Assembly (NCBI RefSeq): GCF_947581915.1
Contig: NZ_CANPWG010000065.1
Coordinates: forward strand, 161,181-225,180
Origin: Candidatus Palauibacter scopulicola
GTDB taxonomy: Bacteria; Gemmatimonadota; Gemmatimonadetes; Palauibacterales; Palauibacteraceae
Direction: 5' to 3'
DNA length: 64,000 bases
In this document: one piece after another, positions 7,882 to 17,937 of the stretch
Layout: every line of letters begins with the position of its first letter
How positions within the stretch are numbered: position 1 is the stretch's first letter
Notes under the pieces: generated by a model
Seen by the model: only the letters and a program-made list of their open reading frames with translations
Database searches by the model: none
What the model was told of the DNA's origin: nothing
Program-made: the position numbers and the translations under genes

Positions 7882-9796
7882 CCCCTTCCACGAGCGGCGA
7901 AGAGCGGCGCAGAGGCGCGTAGCCCTCGGCTGCGGCGCCGTTCTGGTCGCGGCCGCCGGTTGTGCGTTCATCGCCGGCAACCCACCCATCGAGACCGCCG
8001 CGCCGAACGCGGTCGATGCGGAGGGAGCGGCAGCCGCGCTCCGACTCGCCGAGGCGGACTACGAGCAGGGGCGATTCGCCGAGGCCGCGGCGCGCGCGGA
8101 TTCCCTCGACGCCGCATGGCGTGAGGTCGAACCTCTTCGCCCCCTCGCGGACCGCGCCCTCTCCGTGGCGGGCCGGGCGCTGGAGGCGCAGAGGCTCCCG
8201 CGGGCCGCGGCGGATCGCTATGGCCTCCTCCTCGCGCGGGCGCCTGCCGACCCACTGGAAACGGCCACCCTGGAGCGACTGGTTCGGGTCCTCTCGGACA
8301 CGAGTCGCGAGGCGGAGGCGGTCGCCGCGATCCTCTCCACGCCCCGAGGGCCCGAGACGGTCGGCGCCGAGGAGCTTCGCCGGTTGACCTCCGCCCTCAC
8401 GGTCGCGGAATTGCGTCCCTTGACGGAGACCTTCCCGCCGGAGACCGCCGCGGCCGCGATCGTTCATGCCCACCTTGCCCGCCTTCTCGTCATCGAGAGG
8501 GAGGCGGATGAGGCGAGGCGTCTGGCCGCCCGCATCCTCGAGGGGCAACCCGCGGAACGCGAACGGACCACGGCGGAGATGATCGCGGGAACGGAGGCGG
8601 ATCTCGGCAGCGGAAACGCGCGCATCGGCGCGATCCTCCCGCTCACGGGCGACCTCTCGGAGGTGGGCCACGTCCTGCGCGAGGGAATCGAACTCGCCGT
8701 CGAGCGGTATCGCGACGGGCGCCCGTCCGGCTTCGACGTCGAGCTCATCGTCCTCGATGACGAATCGGATCCGGAGAACACGGCGGGCCTCGTGCGGTCG
8801 CTCGAAGGACGGGACGTGATCGCGATCGTGGGTCCCCTGCGCTCCGAGCCCTTCGCGGCGGCCGCACGGGCGCGCCGGAATCCGAGGCTGCCGATCATCA
8901 GCCCCACGGCGACGGAGGTGCTGAACCCCGCGCCGGCGACCTACTCCCTCTACGACGCGGGCACGCGCGCCTCGGATGTGGCGGAGGAACTGGCGCGCTG
9001 GACGCTGGAGGAACTGCGGCTCCGGCGGGTCGCCGTCCTCGAGCCGGATGGGGTCGGACTCGGTGGAGCCGTGGGCGCTTTCACCCGAACGATCCGGGAG
9101 TACGGCGGCCTGCTCGTCGGTCACGAACGGTACGATCCCGGACTCACGACCTTCCAGGAGCCCATCGAGGCCGTCGCGGCCTCGGAGCCGGACGTCGTCT
9201 TCGCCCCGGCGGCGTCCGCATCCGGCGTTCTCGCCGTGGCGCCTCAGCTGTTCTATTACGGGCTCTACAACGTGATCGTCGTGGGGAGCGAAGCCTGGGC
9301 CGAACCGGCCGTGTTGCGGCGCCTCGAACGCTTCGCGACGGACCATCGGGTGATCGGTCTTGTCACCGATCGCGTCAACCCGGGTACGCCGTGGCAGCGA
9401 TTTGTCACGGACTATGAGAGACGATATCGAAAAACGTTGCGGGACAACATTATGCCGGCTCTGGCGCACGACGCGACGCTTCTCGTGCTCTCCGCGCTCG
9501 ACGGTGCGAGGCTGCCGATCCCGGCCGCGCTCGCCGCATACCTCGAGTCGGGGCCGGAAATCGAGGGTGTGACGGGCCGCCTGCGTCCCGAAGCCGAGCG
9601 ATCCGTCGTGCGGCGCTCCACGGAGGTCCGCATGCTGGTCGACGGCGCACCCGTGGAGGCGGACACGGAGGAGCTTCTCGCCTGGCTGGCGGAGGTGCGG
9701 GCGGCGCCGTCTCCCTTTGCTCCGCGCGACTCGCTGCGCGTGGACACCCTGCGCACGGAGGCGCGCCGCCGGGCGGGAGCGATGAGCATCCCATGA
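7865..9796 (+). CDS. LpoA-like lipoprotein: TPR-like N-terminal region plus type-I periplasmic-binding (LivJ/Peripla_BP_6-like) C-terminal domain
   Basis: Translation from GTG 7865 gives [35 protein letters not shown], a lipoprotein signal with a lipobox. It has a TPR-like stretch ([19 protein letters not shown]) and a C-terminal PBP type-I fold ([17 protein letters not shown]..., VVGSEAW). The start overlaps the end of rpsA by 17 nt. Confidence 0.6.
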   Translation: MRQGSSPFHERRRAAQRRVALGCGAVLVAAAGCAFIAGNPPIETAAPNAVDAEGAAAALRLAEADYEQGRFAEAAARADSLDAAWREVEPLRPLADRALSVAGRALEAQRLPRAAADRYGLLLARAPADPLETATLERLVRVLSDTSREAEAVAAILSTPRGPETVGAEELRRLTSALTVAELRPLTETFPPETAAAAIVHAHLARLLVIEREADEARRLAARILEGQPAERERTTAEMIAGTEADLGSGNARIGAILPLTGDLSEVGHVLREGIELAVERYRDGRPSGFDVELIVLDDESDPENTAGLVRSLEGRDVIAIVGPLRSEPFAAAARARRNPRLPIISPTATEVLNPAPATYSLYDAGTRASDVAEELARWTLEELRLRRVAVLEPDGVGLGGAVGAFTRTIREYGGLLVGHERYDPGLTTFQEPIEAVAASEPDVVFAPAASASGVLAVAPQLFYYGLYNVIVVGSEAWAEPAVLRRLERFATDHRVIGLVTDRVNPGTPWQRFVTDYERRYRKTLRDNIMPALAHDATLLVLSALDGARLPIPAALAAYLESGPEIEGVTGRLRPEAERSVVRRSTEVRMLVDGAPVEADTEELLAWLAEVRAAPSPFAPRDSLRVDTLRTEARRRAGAMSIP

Positions 9797-11340
9797 GCAT
9801 GCGCGAGAAGCTGGCCGACCTCGAGGCCCGATCCGAGCGCGCAGCCCACGGAGATCCGGACCGGCTCGCCCGCCAGCATGAGCGCGGCAAGCTGGGCGCC
9901 CGGGAGCGCCTCGAGATCCTCCTCGACGAGGGGAGCTTCGTGGAGTTCGACCGCTTCGTCGAGCACCGCTGCACGGACTTCGGGTTGGGGGACCGGCGCA
10001 TCCCCGGCGACGGCGTCATCACGGGCTACGGCCGCATCGACGGACGTATCGTCTACGTGTTCAGCCAGGACTTCACGGTCTTCGGGGGGTCGCTGTCGGA
10101 GGCGCACGCCGGCAAGATCGTGAAGGTGCTGGACCTCGCGACGCGGAACGGCGCCCCCTTCATCGGCATCAACGACTCGGGCGGCGCACGGATCCAGGAG
10201 GGGGTCGCCTCTCTCGGCGGCTACGCGGACATCTTCCTCCGGAATACGCTGGCCTCGGGCGTGATCCCGCAACTGAGCGCGATCCTGGGGCCGTGTTCCG
10301 GAGGGGCGGTCTACAGCCCCGCCATTACGGACTTCGTGTTCATGGTGGACGGGGTGAGCCACATGTTCATCACGGGCCCCGGCGTCGTGAAGACCGTGAC
10401 GCACGAGGACGTGACGTTCGACGAACTCGGCGGCGCGGCCGTACACGCGAGCCGGTCCGGCGTGGCGCACTTCCGTTCGGCGACCGAAGTCGAGGCGCTC
10501 GGCGCCGTACGTCGCCTTTTGTCGTATCTGCCCCCGAACAATCAGGAGACGCCGCCGTGGCGGGAGACGACGGATCCGCCGGACCGGGCCGACGAGGCAC
10601 TTCTCGAGATCGTGCCGGACGACCCGAAGCTTCCGTACGACATGCTGGACATCATCCGCCGGGTCGTCGACACGGGAAGCCTGATGGAAGTCCACGAGGA
10701 TTACGCCCGCAACATCATCACCGGCTTCGCCCGGCTCGGCGGCAACGCCGTGGGCATCATCGGCAACCAGCCCGCGGTCCTCGCCGGCGTCCTGGACAGC
10801 GATGCGAGCATCAAGGCCGCGCGTTTCGTCCGCTTCTGCGACGCGTTCAACGTTCCGCTCGTGACCTTCGAGGATGTTCCCGGCTTTCTCCCGGGGCTGC
10901 GGGAAGAGCACGAGGGCATCATCCGGAACGGCGCGAAACTCCTGTTCGCCTACTGCGAGGCGACCGTGCCGAAGCTCACGGTCATCACCCGCAAGGCATA
11001 CGGGGGCGCGTACGACGTCATGTCGTCGAAGCACATCCGCGGCGACCTCAATCTCGCGTGGCCCAGCGCGGAGATCGCGGTGATGGGCGCGAAGGGTGCG
11101 GTGGAGGTCCTGTTCCGGCGCGAGATCGCCGCGGCCGAGGACCCGGTGGCGCGCACGGCGGAACTCGAAGCGGAGTATCGGGCGAAGTTCGCCAACCCCT
11201 ACCTGGCGGCCGAGCGCGGGTTCATCGACGACGTGATCGACCCCCGCGAGACGCGGGCGCGCCTCGTGTCCGGGCTCGAGGCCATGGCCGGGAAGCGCGA
11301 CCGGAACCCCCCCAGGAAGCACGGCAACATCCCGCTGTGA
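9793..11340 (+). CDS. pccB: acyl-CoA carboxylase carboxyltransferase (beta) subunit (propionyl-CoA carboxylase beta / methylmalonyl-CoA carboxyltransferase 12S family)
   Basis: Carboxyl_trans domain signatures ([50 protein letters not shown]), 515 aa. Confidence 0.9.
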   Translation: MSMREKLADLEARSERAAHGDPDRLARQHERGKLGARERLEILLDEGSFVEFDRFVEHRCTDFGLGDRRIPGDGVITGYGRIDGRIVYVFSQDFTVFGGSLSEAHAGKIVKVLDLATRNGAPFIGINDSGGARIQEGVASLGGYADIFLRNTLASGVIPQLSAILGPCSGGAVYSPAITDFVFMVDGVSHMFITGPGVVKTVTHEDVTFDELGGAAVHASRSGVAHFRSATEVEALGAVRRLLSYLPPNNQETPPWRETTDPPDRADEALLEIVPDDPKLPYDMLDIIRRVVDTGSLMEVHEDYARNIITGFARLGGNAVGIIGNQPAVLAGVLDSDASIKAARFVRFCDAFNVPLVTFEDVPGFLPGLREEHEGIIRNGAKLLFAYCEATVPKLTVITRKAYGGAYDVMSSKHIRGDLNLAWPSAEIAVMGAKGAVEVLFRREIAAAEDPVARTAELEAEYRAKFANPYLAAERGFIDDVIDPRETRARLVSGLEAMAGKRDRNPPRKHGNIPL

Positions 11341-11356
11341 CCCCTTTCGAGGCCGG

Positions 11357-12847
11357 ATGTTCGACAAGGTCCTGATCGCGAACCGCGGCGAGATCGCGGT
11401 TCGGGTCATCCGCGCGTGCCACGAGGAGGGCCTGGGAACGGTCGCCGTCTACTCCGACGCGGACCGCCAGGCTCCCCACGTGCTTCTTGCAGGCGAGGCG
11501 GTCCGGATCGGCGGGGCCGCCGCCGTGGAGAGCTACCTTTCGATCGACCGCCTCGTCGCCGCCGCGGAGGAGACGGGGGCGGGCGCGGTCCACCCGGGGT
11601 ACGGCTTTCTGGCCGAGAACGCCGACTTCGCGCGTGCCGTCGAGGCCGCCGGGCTCGTCCATGTCGGACCTCCCGCCGAGGCGATCGAAATCATGGGGGA
11701 CAAGACGCGGGCCCGGGCGCGGATGGTCGAGGCCGGAGTCCCCGTCATCCCGGGCAGCGACCCACTCGCTTCGGCGCGGGACGCCGTCCGCGAGGCGGGC
11801 AGGATCGGATTTCCCGTCCTGCTGAAGGCGGCGGCGGGAGGGGGCGGCAAGGGCATGCACGTCGTCTCGGACGCGGAGGAGATCGCCGGGGCGTTCGGGC
11901 GTGCGACGCGGGAAGCGCGGGCCGCCTTCGGTGACGGACGGGTGTTCGCGGAGCGCTTCCTGCGTGCCCCCCGGCACATCGAGATCCAGGTGCTCGCCGA
12001 CGACGAGCGGACAGTGGACTTCGGCGAGCGGGAGTGTTCGATCCAGCGGCGGCACCAGAAACTGATCGAGGAGGCGCCGTCCACGGCGATCGGCGACGCC
12101 CTCCGGCGCCGGATGGCGGAGGTCGCCGTCCGGGCGGCCGAGGCGGTCGGCTACCGAAGCGCCGGTACGGTCGAGTTCCTGGTCGAGGGAAGGGAGTTCT
12201 TCTTCCTCGAGATGAACACCCGGATTCAGGTCGAGCACCCCGTGACGGAGCTGGTCACCGGCGTGGACCTCGTCCGGCAGCAACTGCGCGTCGCCCGAGG
12301 GCTTCCGCTGCTCGGAGGCGGAGCGCCGCCCGCGGCGCGCGGACACGCGATCGAATGCCGGATCAACGCGGAGGATCCCACCGCAGGTTTCGTCCCGTCG
12401 ACCGGGCGGATCGACCGGCTCGAAGTCCCGACGGGGCCGGGCGTGCGCTGGGACGGCGGGATCCGCAACGGGTCGGAGGTCGGCCCGCACTACGACTCGC
12501 TGCTCGGCAAGCTCGTCGTCCACGCCTCGGATCGGGAGGCGGCGATCCGGCGCATGCGGTCCGCGCTCGAGGGGCTCGTCATCGGCGGCGTCGAGACGAC
12601 TGTCCCGTGGCACCTCGCCGTGATGGACGAACCCGACTACCGGATGAACGACCTCTCCATCCGATACGTGGAAGAACACCCCGGACTCGGTGAGACCGCG
12701 GATCCCGAACTGCGCGATGTGGCGATGGCGGCCGCCGTGCTCCTCACGGATCGCGAGCGGCCACGGGTCGTTTCCGGCGGTGCGCGGCGCCCCCGCGGCG
12801 AAGGGAACGGGCTGTCGGCCTGGGTGCGGGCGGGTCGGGAGTGGTGA
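11357..12847 (+). CDS. accC: biotin carboxylase subunit of acyl-CoA carboxylase
   Basis: ATP-grasp biotin carboxylase motifs (MFDKVLIANRGEIAVRVIRAC, GYGFLAENADFA, EMNTRIQVEHPVTE). 496 aa with no fused BCCP domain. Confidence 0.9.
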   Translation: MFDKVLIANRGEIAVRVIRACHEEGLGTVAVYSDADRQAPHVLLAGEAVRIGGAAAVESYLSIDRLVAAAEETGAGAVHPGYGFLAENADFARAVEAAGLVHVGPPAEAIEIMGDKTRARARMVEAGVPVIPGSDPLASARDAVREAGRIGFPVLLKAAAGGGGKGMHVVSDAEEIAGAFGRATREARAAFGDGRVFAERFLRAPRHIEIQVLADDERTVDFGERECSIQRRHQKLIEEAPSTAIGDALRRRMAEVAVRAAEAVGYRSAGTVEFLVEGREFFFLEMNTRIQVEHPVTELVTGVDLVRQQLRVARGLPLLGGGAPPAARGHAIECRINAEDPTAGFVPSTGRIDRLEVPTGPGVRWDGGIRNGSEVGPHYDSLLGKLVVHASDREAAIRRMRSALEGLVIGGVETTVPWHLAVMDEPDYRMNDLSIRYVEEHPGLGETADPELRDVAMAAAVLLTDRERPRVVSGGARRPRGEGNGLSAWVRAGREW

Positions 12848-12854
12848 AGCGATT

Positions 12855-13358
12855 GTGAAGTACTACGTCGAGGTGGGCGGCGGGAACTTCGAGGTCGAAC
12901 GGCTGGCCTCCGGACTGCGCCTCAACGGCGCGAAACGGGAAGCCGGGTTCGAGTGGCTGGCGAACGGCGAGGTCCAGCTCACCCTGGACGGCGCGAACCA
13001 TCGCGTGTTCGCGCGCCGGACTCCCGGGGGCTGGCGGCTGACCGTGCGCGGCCGGACGTTCGACGTCAAGGTGGAGGATGAACGCACCCGGGCCCTCCGT
13101 GCGCTGGCCGACCGGAGCGCGGGGGGGCGGGGACCGCGGGAGTTGCGCGCTCCGATGCCCGGGCTCGTCACGCGCGTCGTCGCGGAAGCCGGGCAGCGCG
13201 TGGACGCGGGCGATGGGCTGGTCGTGATCGAAGCCATGAAGATGGAGAACGAACTGCGGGCCCGGGAACCGGGAACCGTGGCCGGGATCGCGGTTCGCCC
13301 CGGCGATGTCGTGGAGCGCGACCAGGTGCTCGTGACGCTCGAAGCGGAGACGTCATGA
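12855..13358 (+). CDS. biotin carboxyl carrier protein (biotin/lipoyl attachment domain)
   Basis: C-terminal EAMKMENEL biotinyl-lysine motif. Start placed at GTG 12855, just after the accC stop; the longer ORF N-terminus (12690-) is junk. Confidence 0.8.
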   Translation: MKYYVEVGGGNFEVERLASGLRLNGAKREAGFEWLANGEVQLTLDGANHRVFARRTPGGWRLTVRGRTFDVKVEDERTRALRALADRSAGGRGPRELRAPMPGLVTRVVAEAGQRVDAGDGLVVIEAMKMENELRAREPGTVAGIAVRPGDVVERDQVLVTLEAETS

Positions 13359-14917
13359 GCGAGCGGCGTCGGGTCTTTTCCACGACGAGCGGCATCGAGG
13401 TCGATCCCGTCTACCGCGCGGGCGATGCGAGCCGGGATTCGGCGCCGCCCGGCGAGTTCCCCTACACGCGCGGCGTATACCCCACCATGTACCGGGGGCG
13501 GTTGTGGACGATGCGCCAATACGCCGGCTTCGGGACGGCCGCGTCGACGAACGCGCGTTTCCGTTACCTGCTCGACTCCGGGCAGACAGGTCTTTCCGTC
13601 GCCTTCGACCTTCCGACCCAGATGGGGTACGACTCCGACGACGCCAGGGTGCGAGGGGAAGTCGGACGGGTCGGCGTGGCGATCGATTCGATCGAGGACA
13701 TGCACCGCCTGTTCGAGGGGATCCCGCTCGAGCGCGTATCGACGGCCATGACGATCAACGCCACCGCCCCGGTGCTGCTCGCCATGTACGCGGGGGTGGC
13801 CCGGGAACGGGGAGTCGACCCGGCGGTCCTCCGGGGCACGGTCCAGAACGACGTGCTGAAGGAGTTCATCGCGCGGGGGACGTACATCTACCCGGTGGAG
13901 CCCAGCGTTCGGTACGTGACGGACGTGTTCGACTTCTGCGCCCGCGAGATGCCGCGCTGGCGTTCGATCTCCATCAGCGGGTACCACATCCGCGAGGCCG
14001 GCGCGACGGCGGCCCAGGAGCTGGCCTTCACGATCGCCAACGGGCTCGAATACGTGCGCCGCGCCATCGAGCGAGGGCTGGAAATCGACGACTTCGCTCC
14101 GGGGCTCAGCTTTTTCTTCTCGGCCGACCGGTTGTTCTTCGAGGAGGTGGCCAAGTTCCGCGCGGCCCGCCGTATGTGGGCCCGGCTCATGCGGGACCGG
14201 TTCGGAGCCTCGGAGGCGAGTTGCCGGCTGAAGTTCCACACCCAGACGTCCGGGGCCGCGCTGACGGCCCAGCAGCCGTTGAACAACGTGGTGCGCGTCG
14301 CGGTCCAGGCGCTCTCCGCCGTCCTCGGGGGCACGCAGTCGCTGCACACGAACAGCTACGATGAAGCCTTGTCGCTCCCCGACGCGGATGCCGCGCGGCT
14401 CGCGCTCCGCACGCAGCAGGTTCTGGCGGCCGAGACGGGTGTGGGGGACACCGTCGACCCCCTGGGGGGCTCCTGGTTCGTGGAGTCGCTCACGGACGAC
14501 CTCGAGGCGCGCGCGGCGGAGTACCTCGCGCGCCTTGAGGAACTGGGCGGTCCGGTGCAGGCGATCGAGTACATGCGGGAGGAGATCCACCTCGCCGCCC
14601 GCCGGCACCAGGAGGCCGTCGAGAGCGGTGAACTCGAGGTTGTCGGCGTGAACGTGCACGCGGATGCCGAACCGGTCGAGATGCCGAAGGCGCCGGACTT
14701 CGCCCGCCTGGCGGAGGAGCAGCGCCGACGGCTCTCGCGGCTCAGGGCGGAGAGGGACGGCGCGAACGTGGAAGCTTCGCTGGGGGAGATCCGGCGAGCG
14801 GCGGCCGGAGATGCTAACCTCCTGCCCGTACTGATCGACGCCGTCCGGCGCCGCGTGACTCTGGGTGAGATCAGCCACGCGTTGCGCGACGTGTGGGGGG
14901 AATACCGTCCCGGCTAG
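13355..14917 (+). CDS. methylmalonyl-CoA mutase, catalytic (N-terminal TIM-barrel) subunit, without B12-binding domain
   Basis: MM_CoA_mutase family motifs (PYTRGVYPTMYRGRLWTMRQYAGFGTA, SVAFDLPTQMGYDSD, SISGYHIREAGATAAQELAFT). 520 aa, which is the length of the split catalytic chain; the B12-binding chain is not in this window. Confidence 0.9.
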   Translation: MSERRRVFSTTSGIEVDPVYRAGDASRDSAPPGEFPYTRGVYPTMYRGRLWTMRQYAGFGTAASTNARFRYLLDSGQTGLSVAFDLPTQMGYDSDDARVRGEVGRVGVAIDSIEDMHRLFEGIPLERVSTAMTINATAPVLLAMYAGVARERGVDPAVLRGTVQNDVLKEFIARGTYIYPVEPSVRYVTDVFDFCAREMPRWRSISISGYHIREAGATAAQELAFTIANGLEYVRRAIERGLEIDDFAPGLSFFFSADRLFFEEVAKFRAARRMWARLMRDRFGASEASCRLKFHTQTSGAALTAQQPLNNVVRVAVQALSAVLGGTQSLHTNSYDEALSLPDADAARLALRTQQVLAAETGVGDTVDPLGGSWFVESLTDDLEARAAEYLARLEELGGPVQAIEYMREEIHLAARRHQEAVESGELEVVGVNVHADAEPVEMPKAPDFARLAEEQRRRLSRLRAERDGANVEASLGEIRRAAAGDANLLPVLIDAVRRRVTLGEISHALRDVWGEYRPG

Positions 14918-14977
14918 CAGTCCGCGGCAAGACCCTGCGGGCATGCCGGGCGTTCCACGATGGACCCGGGGGCACGA

Positions 14978-15292
14978 GTGCCAACGTACGAGTACAGATG
15001 TCGCGGTTGCCGACACGATTTCGAGCGCTTCCAGCGCATGTCGGACGCGGCGATCCGCGTCTGCCCGTCGTGCGGGGAAGAGCAGGTGGAGCGCCTCATC
15101 TCGACCGGAGGCGGGATCGTCTTCAAGGGGTCCGGCTTCTACGCCACCGACTATCGGCAGCCGGCAGCCGATGGCGGCACGTCCGACGCGGCGAAGGCGT
15201 CGGACGGAGACTCGTCCCCGTCGCGGGACGGCCCCTCGGCCGCGTCCGAACCCACTCCATCCGGGTCATCGAAGGGCGGCTCCGGCTCTTGA
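14978..15292 (+). CDS. FmdB-family zinc-ribbon putative regulatory protein
   Basis: MPTYEYRCRGCRHDFE...CPSCG CxxC...CxxC zinc-ribbon signature at the N-terminus (start at GTG 14978), with a Ser/Gly/Asp-rich tail. Confidence 0.75.
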   Translation: MPTYEYRCRGCRHDFERFQRMSDAAIRVCPSCGEEQVERLISTGGGIVFKGSGFYATDYRQPAADGGTSDAAKASDGDSSPSRDGPSAASEPTPSGSSKGGSGS

Positions 15293-16977
15293 CGGGTGAT
15301 GCCGGGCCGGCCCGGCTCGCCGAGGCGCTCGAATCCGCCCTTTCCGCCGCCGGGGCTCCGGAGGGCTTCTCTCCGGCGCTGGAGCGGCCGCGGGATCCGA
15401 CGCACGGAGACTGGGCGTCCAACGCGGCGCTCGTGCTCGCGAAGAGCCTGGGCCAGCCTCCCCGGGCGCTTGCGGCGCGCGTCTGCGAACTGATCGACTC
15501 CGAGGCCGCCGGCATCGCGGCCGTGGAAGTCGCGGGCCCTGGATTCCTGAACTTCCGGCTCTCCGATCGATCCATCTGGCGTAGACTGGCGGGGGTCATC
15601 GAGGCTGGCCGCGATTGGGGGCGGACGCGGGCCTCGCCCGTGCTCCGCGTCAACGTGGAGTTCGTCTCCGCCAATCCGACGGGGCCGCTGCATGTGGCCC
15701 ACGGTCGTGGCGCGGCGCTCGGCGACGCGGTCGCGTCGCTGCTGGAGTGGGCCGGACACGAGGTGACGCGCGAGTTCTACGTGAACGACGCCGGACGGCA
15801 GATCGAACTGCTCGGCGAATCCGTCGAGGCACGCTACGAGGAAACGGCGGGCCGGCCCGCGGCCATCCCCGAAGGCGGATACCACGGCGAGTACGTCCGC
15901 GACGTGGCGCTGGCGGTTCGGGACGCCGCCGGCCCCGGGGTTCTCGCCTCCCTCTCCCCGGACGAGCGCCGCGCGCACTTCAGGCGCGAGGCCGTGCGCC
16001 TGCTCCGCGATGAGCAGGCGGAGGACCTGTCGCGGTTCGGCGTCCACATGGACCTGTACTATTCCGAACGGTCGCTCTACGAGTCCGGAGCCATCGACCG
16101 CCTCCTCGATGCGCTGGAGGCCGGCGGCCTGATCTACCGCTCGCAGGGGGCGACCTGGCTTCGGACTTCGAGCCTCGGCGACGAGAAGGACCGGGTCCTC
16201 ATCAAGAGCGACGGCTCCTTCACCTACTTCCTGCCGGACCTCGCCTATCACCTCGACAAGGCGAGGCGCGGCTTCGAACTCGCGATCGATGTCTGGGGTG
16301 CGGATCACCAGGGCCACGAGAAGCGGATGCTGGCGGCCCTGCGCGGGCTGTCGTACCCGGAGCTGCTCGAGGTCCTCATCATCCAGCTTGTCACGGTTCT
16401 GCGCGACGGCAGGGAGGTCCGGATGAGCAAGCGCGCGGGGCGCTTCGTGACGCTGGGCGAACTCGTCGACGAAACGGGCCCGGACGTGGCGCGATACTTT
16501 TTTCTCATGCGCCGGGCCGAGGTCCATCTCAACTTCGACCTCGATCTGGCTCTGGATACGTCGGACGCGAATCCGGTCTACAAGGTCCAGTATGCGCATG
16601 CGCGCATGTGCAGCGTGTTCCGCAGGGCCGGAATTGTTGCCGACGAGGTTCCGGCCGCGCTCGACGTCCCGGAGACCTTCGGTACCCCGGCCGAGCGCGA
16701 GGTCGCCCTGTCCGTCATGCGGCTTCCGGAGGTCATCGCGACGGCCGCGGCGGGCCGGGCTCCGCACCTGGTCTGCACCTACCTGGAGGAGACGGCGGGG
16801 CTCGTGAACGCCTGGTATCACCAGGGGAACCTGAACCCGGCGCAGCGAATCCTGGCGGATGTGCCGGAGCGGGCCGCGAGAATCCGGCTCGCGCGCGCGG
16901 TCCAGCTCACCCTGGGCAACGGGCTGCGGGCGCTCGGCCTCTCGGCTCCCGAGACCATGACCCGGGAGGACACGTGA
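15289..16977 (+). CDS. argS: arginine--tRNA ligase
   Basis: Class-I HIGH motif (PTGPLHVAHGRGAALGD) and KMSKR-like MSKRAG. 562 aa from TTG 15289, which overlaps the FmdB stop (TTGA). The longer ORF N-terminus is out-of-frame junk over the FmdB gene. Confidence 0.9.
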   Translation: MTGDAGPARLAEALESALSAAGAPEGFSPALERPRDPTHGDWASNAALVLAKSLGQPPRALAARVCELIDSEAAGIAAVEVAGPGFLNFRLSDRSIWRRLAGVIEAGRDWGRTRASPVLRVNVEFVSANPTGPLHVAHGRGAALGDAVASLLEWAGHEVTREFYVNDAGRQIELLGESVEARYEETAGRPAAIPEGGYHGEYVRDVALAVRDAAGPGVLASLSPDERRAHFRREAVRLLRDEQAEDLSRFGVHMDLYYSERSLYESGAIDRLLDALEAGGLIYRSQGATWLRTSSLGDEKDRVLIKSDGSFTYFLPDLAYHLDKARRGFELAIDVWGADHQGHEKRMLAALRGLSYPELLEVLIIQLVTVLRDGREVRMSKRAGRFVTLGELVDETGPDVARYFFLMRRAEVHLNFDLDLALDTSDANPVYKVQYAHARMCSVFRRAGIVADEVPAALDVPETFGTPAEREVALSVMRLPEVIATAAAGRAPHLVCTYLEETAGLVNAWYHQGNLNPAQRILADVPERAARIRLARAVQLTLGNGLRALGLSAPETMTREDT

Positions 16978-17930
16978 CGTACCGTGACCCCGAGGATGGC
17001 GGGGCCCCGGCGGCGCCGATCCTCGTCGTGGGCAGCGTCGCCCTCGATGAAATTTCGACCCCCGCCGGACACCGGGAGGGCGTGGTCGGCGGAACGGCGG
17101 TAAACTTCAGCGCCGCGGCCTCCCTGTTCGCGCCGGTTCAGCTCGTAGGGGTCATCGGGGACGATTATCCGACGGATGAGCTCGATTTCCTCCTCCGCCG
17201 GGGCGCGGATTTGTCGGGGCTCGAGCGGCGGCCCGGCCGCAGCTTCCGGTGGGGCGGCTTCTATCGCCGGGACATGAACACGAGGGAAACGACGTTCACC
17301 GAACTGGGCGTGTTCGCGGACTTCCATCCGACGATCCCCGAGGCGTTCCGAGGCGCGCCCTGGGCCTTTCTGGGCGCCATCGACCCCACCCTTCAGCTTG
17401 AGGTACTGGATCAGATCGAGTCGCCGGTGCTCGCGGCGTGTGACACGATGAACTACTGGATCGAGGGGACGCCGGAGCGTCTCGCCGAAGTCATCGAGAA
17501 GATCGACCTCATCACGCTGAACGACGAGGAGGCGAAACAGCTATCGGGCGAACACAACCTGGCCCGGGCCGCGCGCTGGATCCGGAACCGCGGCCCGCGG
17601 CACGTCGTGATCAAGAAGGGCGAGCACGGAGCCGTGCTGCTCACCGGCGACGGGTTCTTCCTCACGCCCGGCTTTCCGCTCGAAGACGTGGTCGACCCGA
17701 CCGGTGCCGGCGATGCGTTCGCGGGCGGCCTGCTCGGATACCTGGCGCGCTGCGGTTCGATCACGGGACCGGCGTTGAGGCGGGCCGTGGTGTACGGCTG
17801 CGCGCTCGGGTCCTTCGCGTGCGAAGCCTTCGGCGCCGGCCGCATGGTGACGCTCACCATGGCCGAAGTGGAGGATCGGGTGCGAAGCTTTGGCGCGCTC
17901 ACGAGATTCGATGTTCCAGCAGGGGCGTGA
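16974..17930 (+). CDS. PfkB-family carbohydrate/nucleoside kinase (ribokinase-like)
   Basis: C-terminal PfkB signature DPTGAGDAFAGG. About 318 aa from GTG 16974, overlapping the argS stop (GTGA). Confidence 0.8.
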   Translation: MTYRDPEDGGAPAAPILVVGSVALDEISTPAGHREGVVGGTAVNFSAAASLFAPVQLVGVIGDDYPTDELDFLLRRGADLSGLERRPGRSFRWGGFYRRDMNTRETTFTELGVFADFHPTIPEAFRGAPWAFLGAIDPTLQLEVLDQIESPVLAACDTMNYWIEGTPERLAEVIEKIDLITLNDEEAKQLSGEHNLARAARWIRNRGPRHVVIKKGEHGAVLLTGDGFFLTPGFPLEDVVDPTGAGDAFAGGLLGYLARCGSITGPALRRAVVYGCALGSFACEAFGAGRMVTLTMAEVEDRVRSFGALTRFDVPAGA

Positions 17931-17937
17931 CTGAGAC

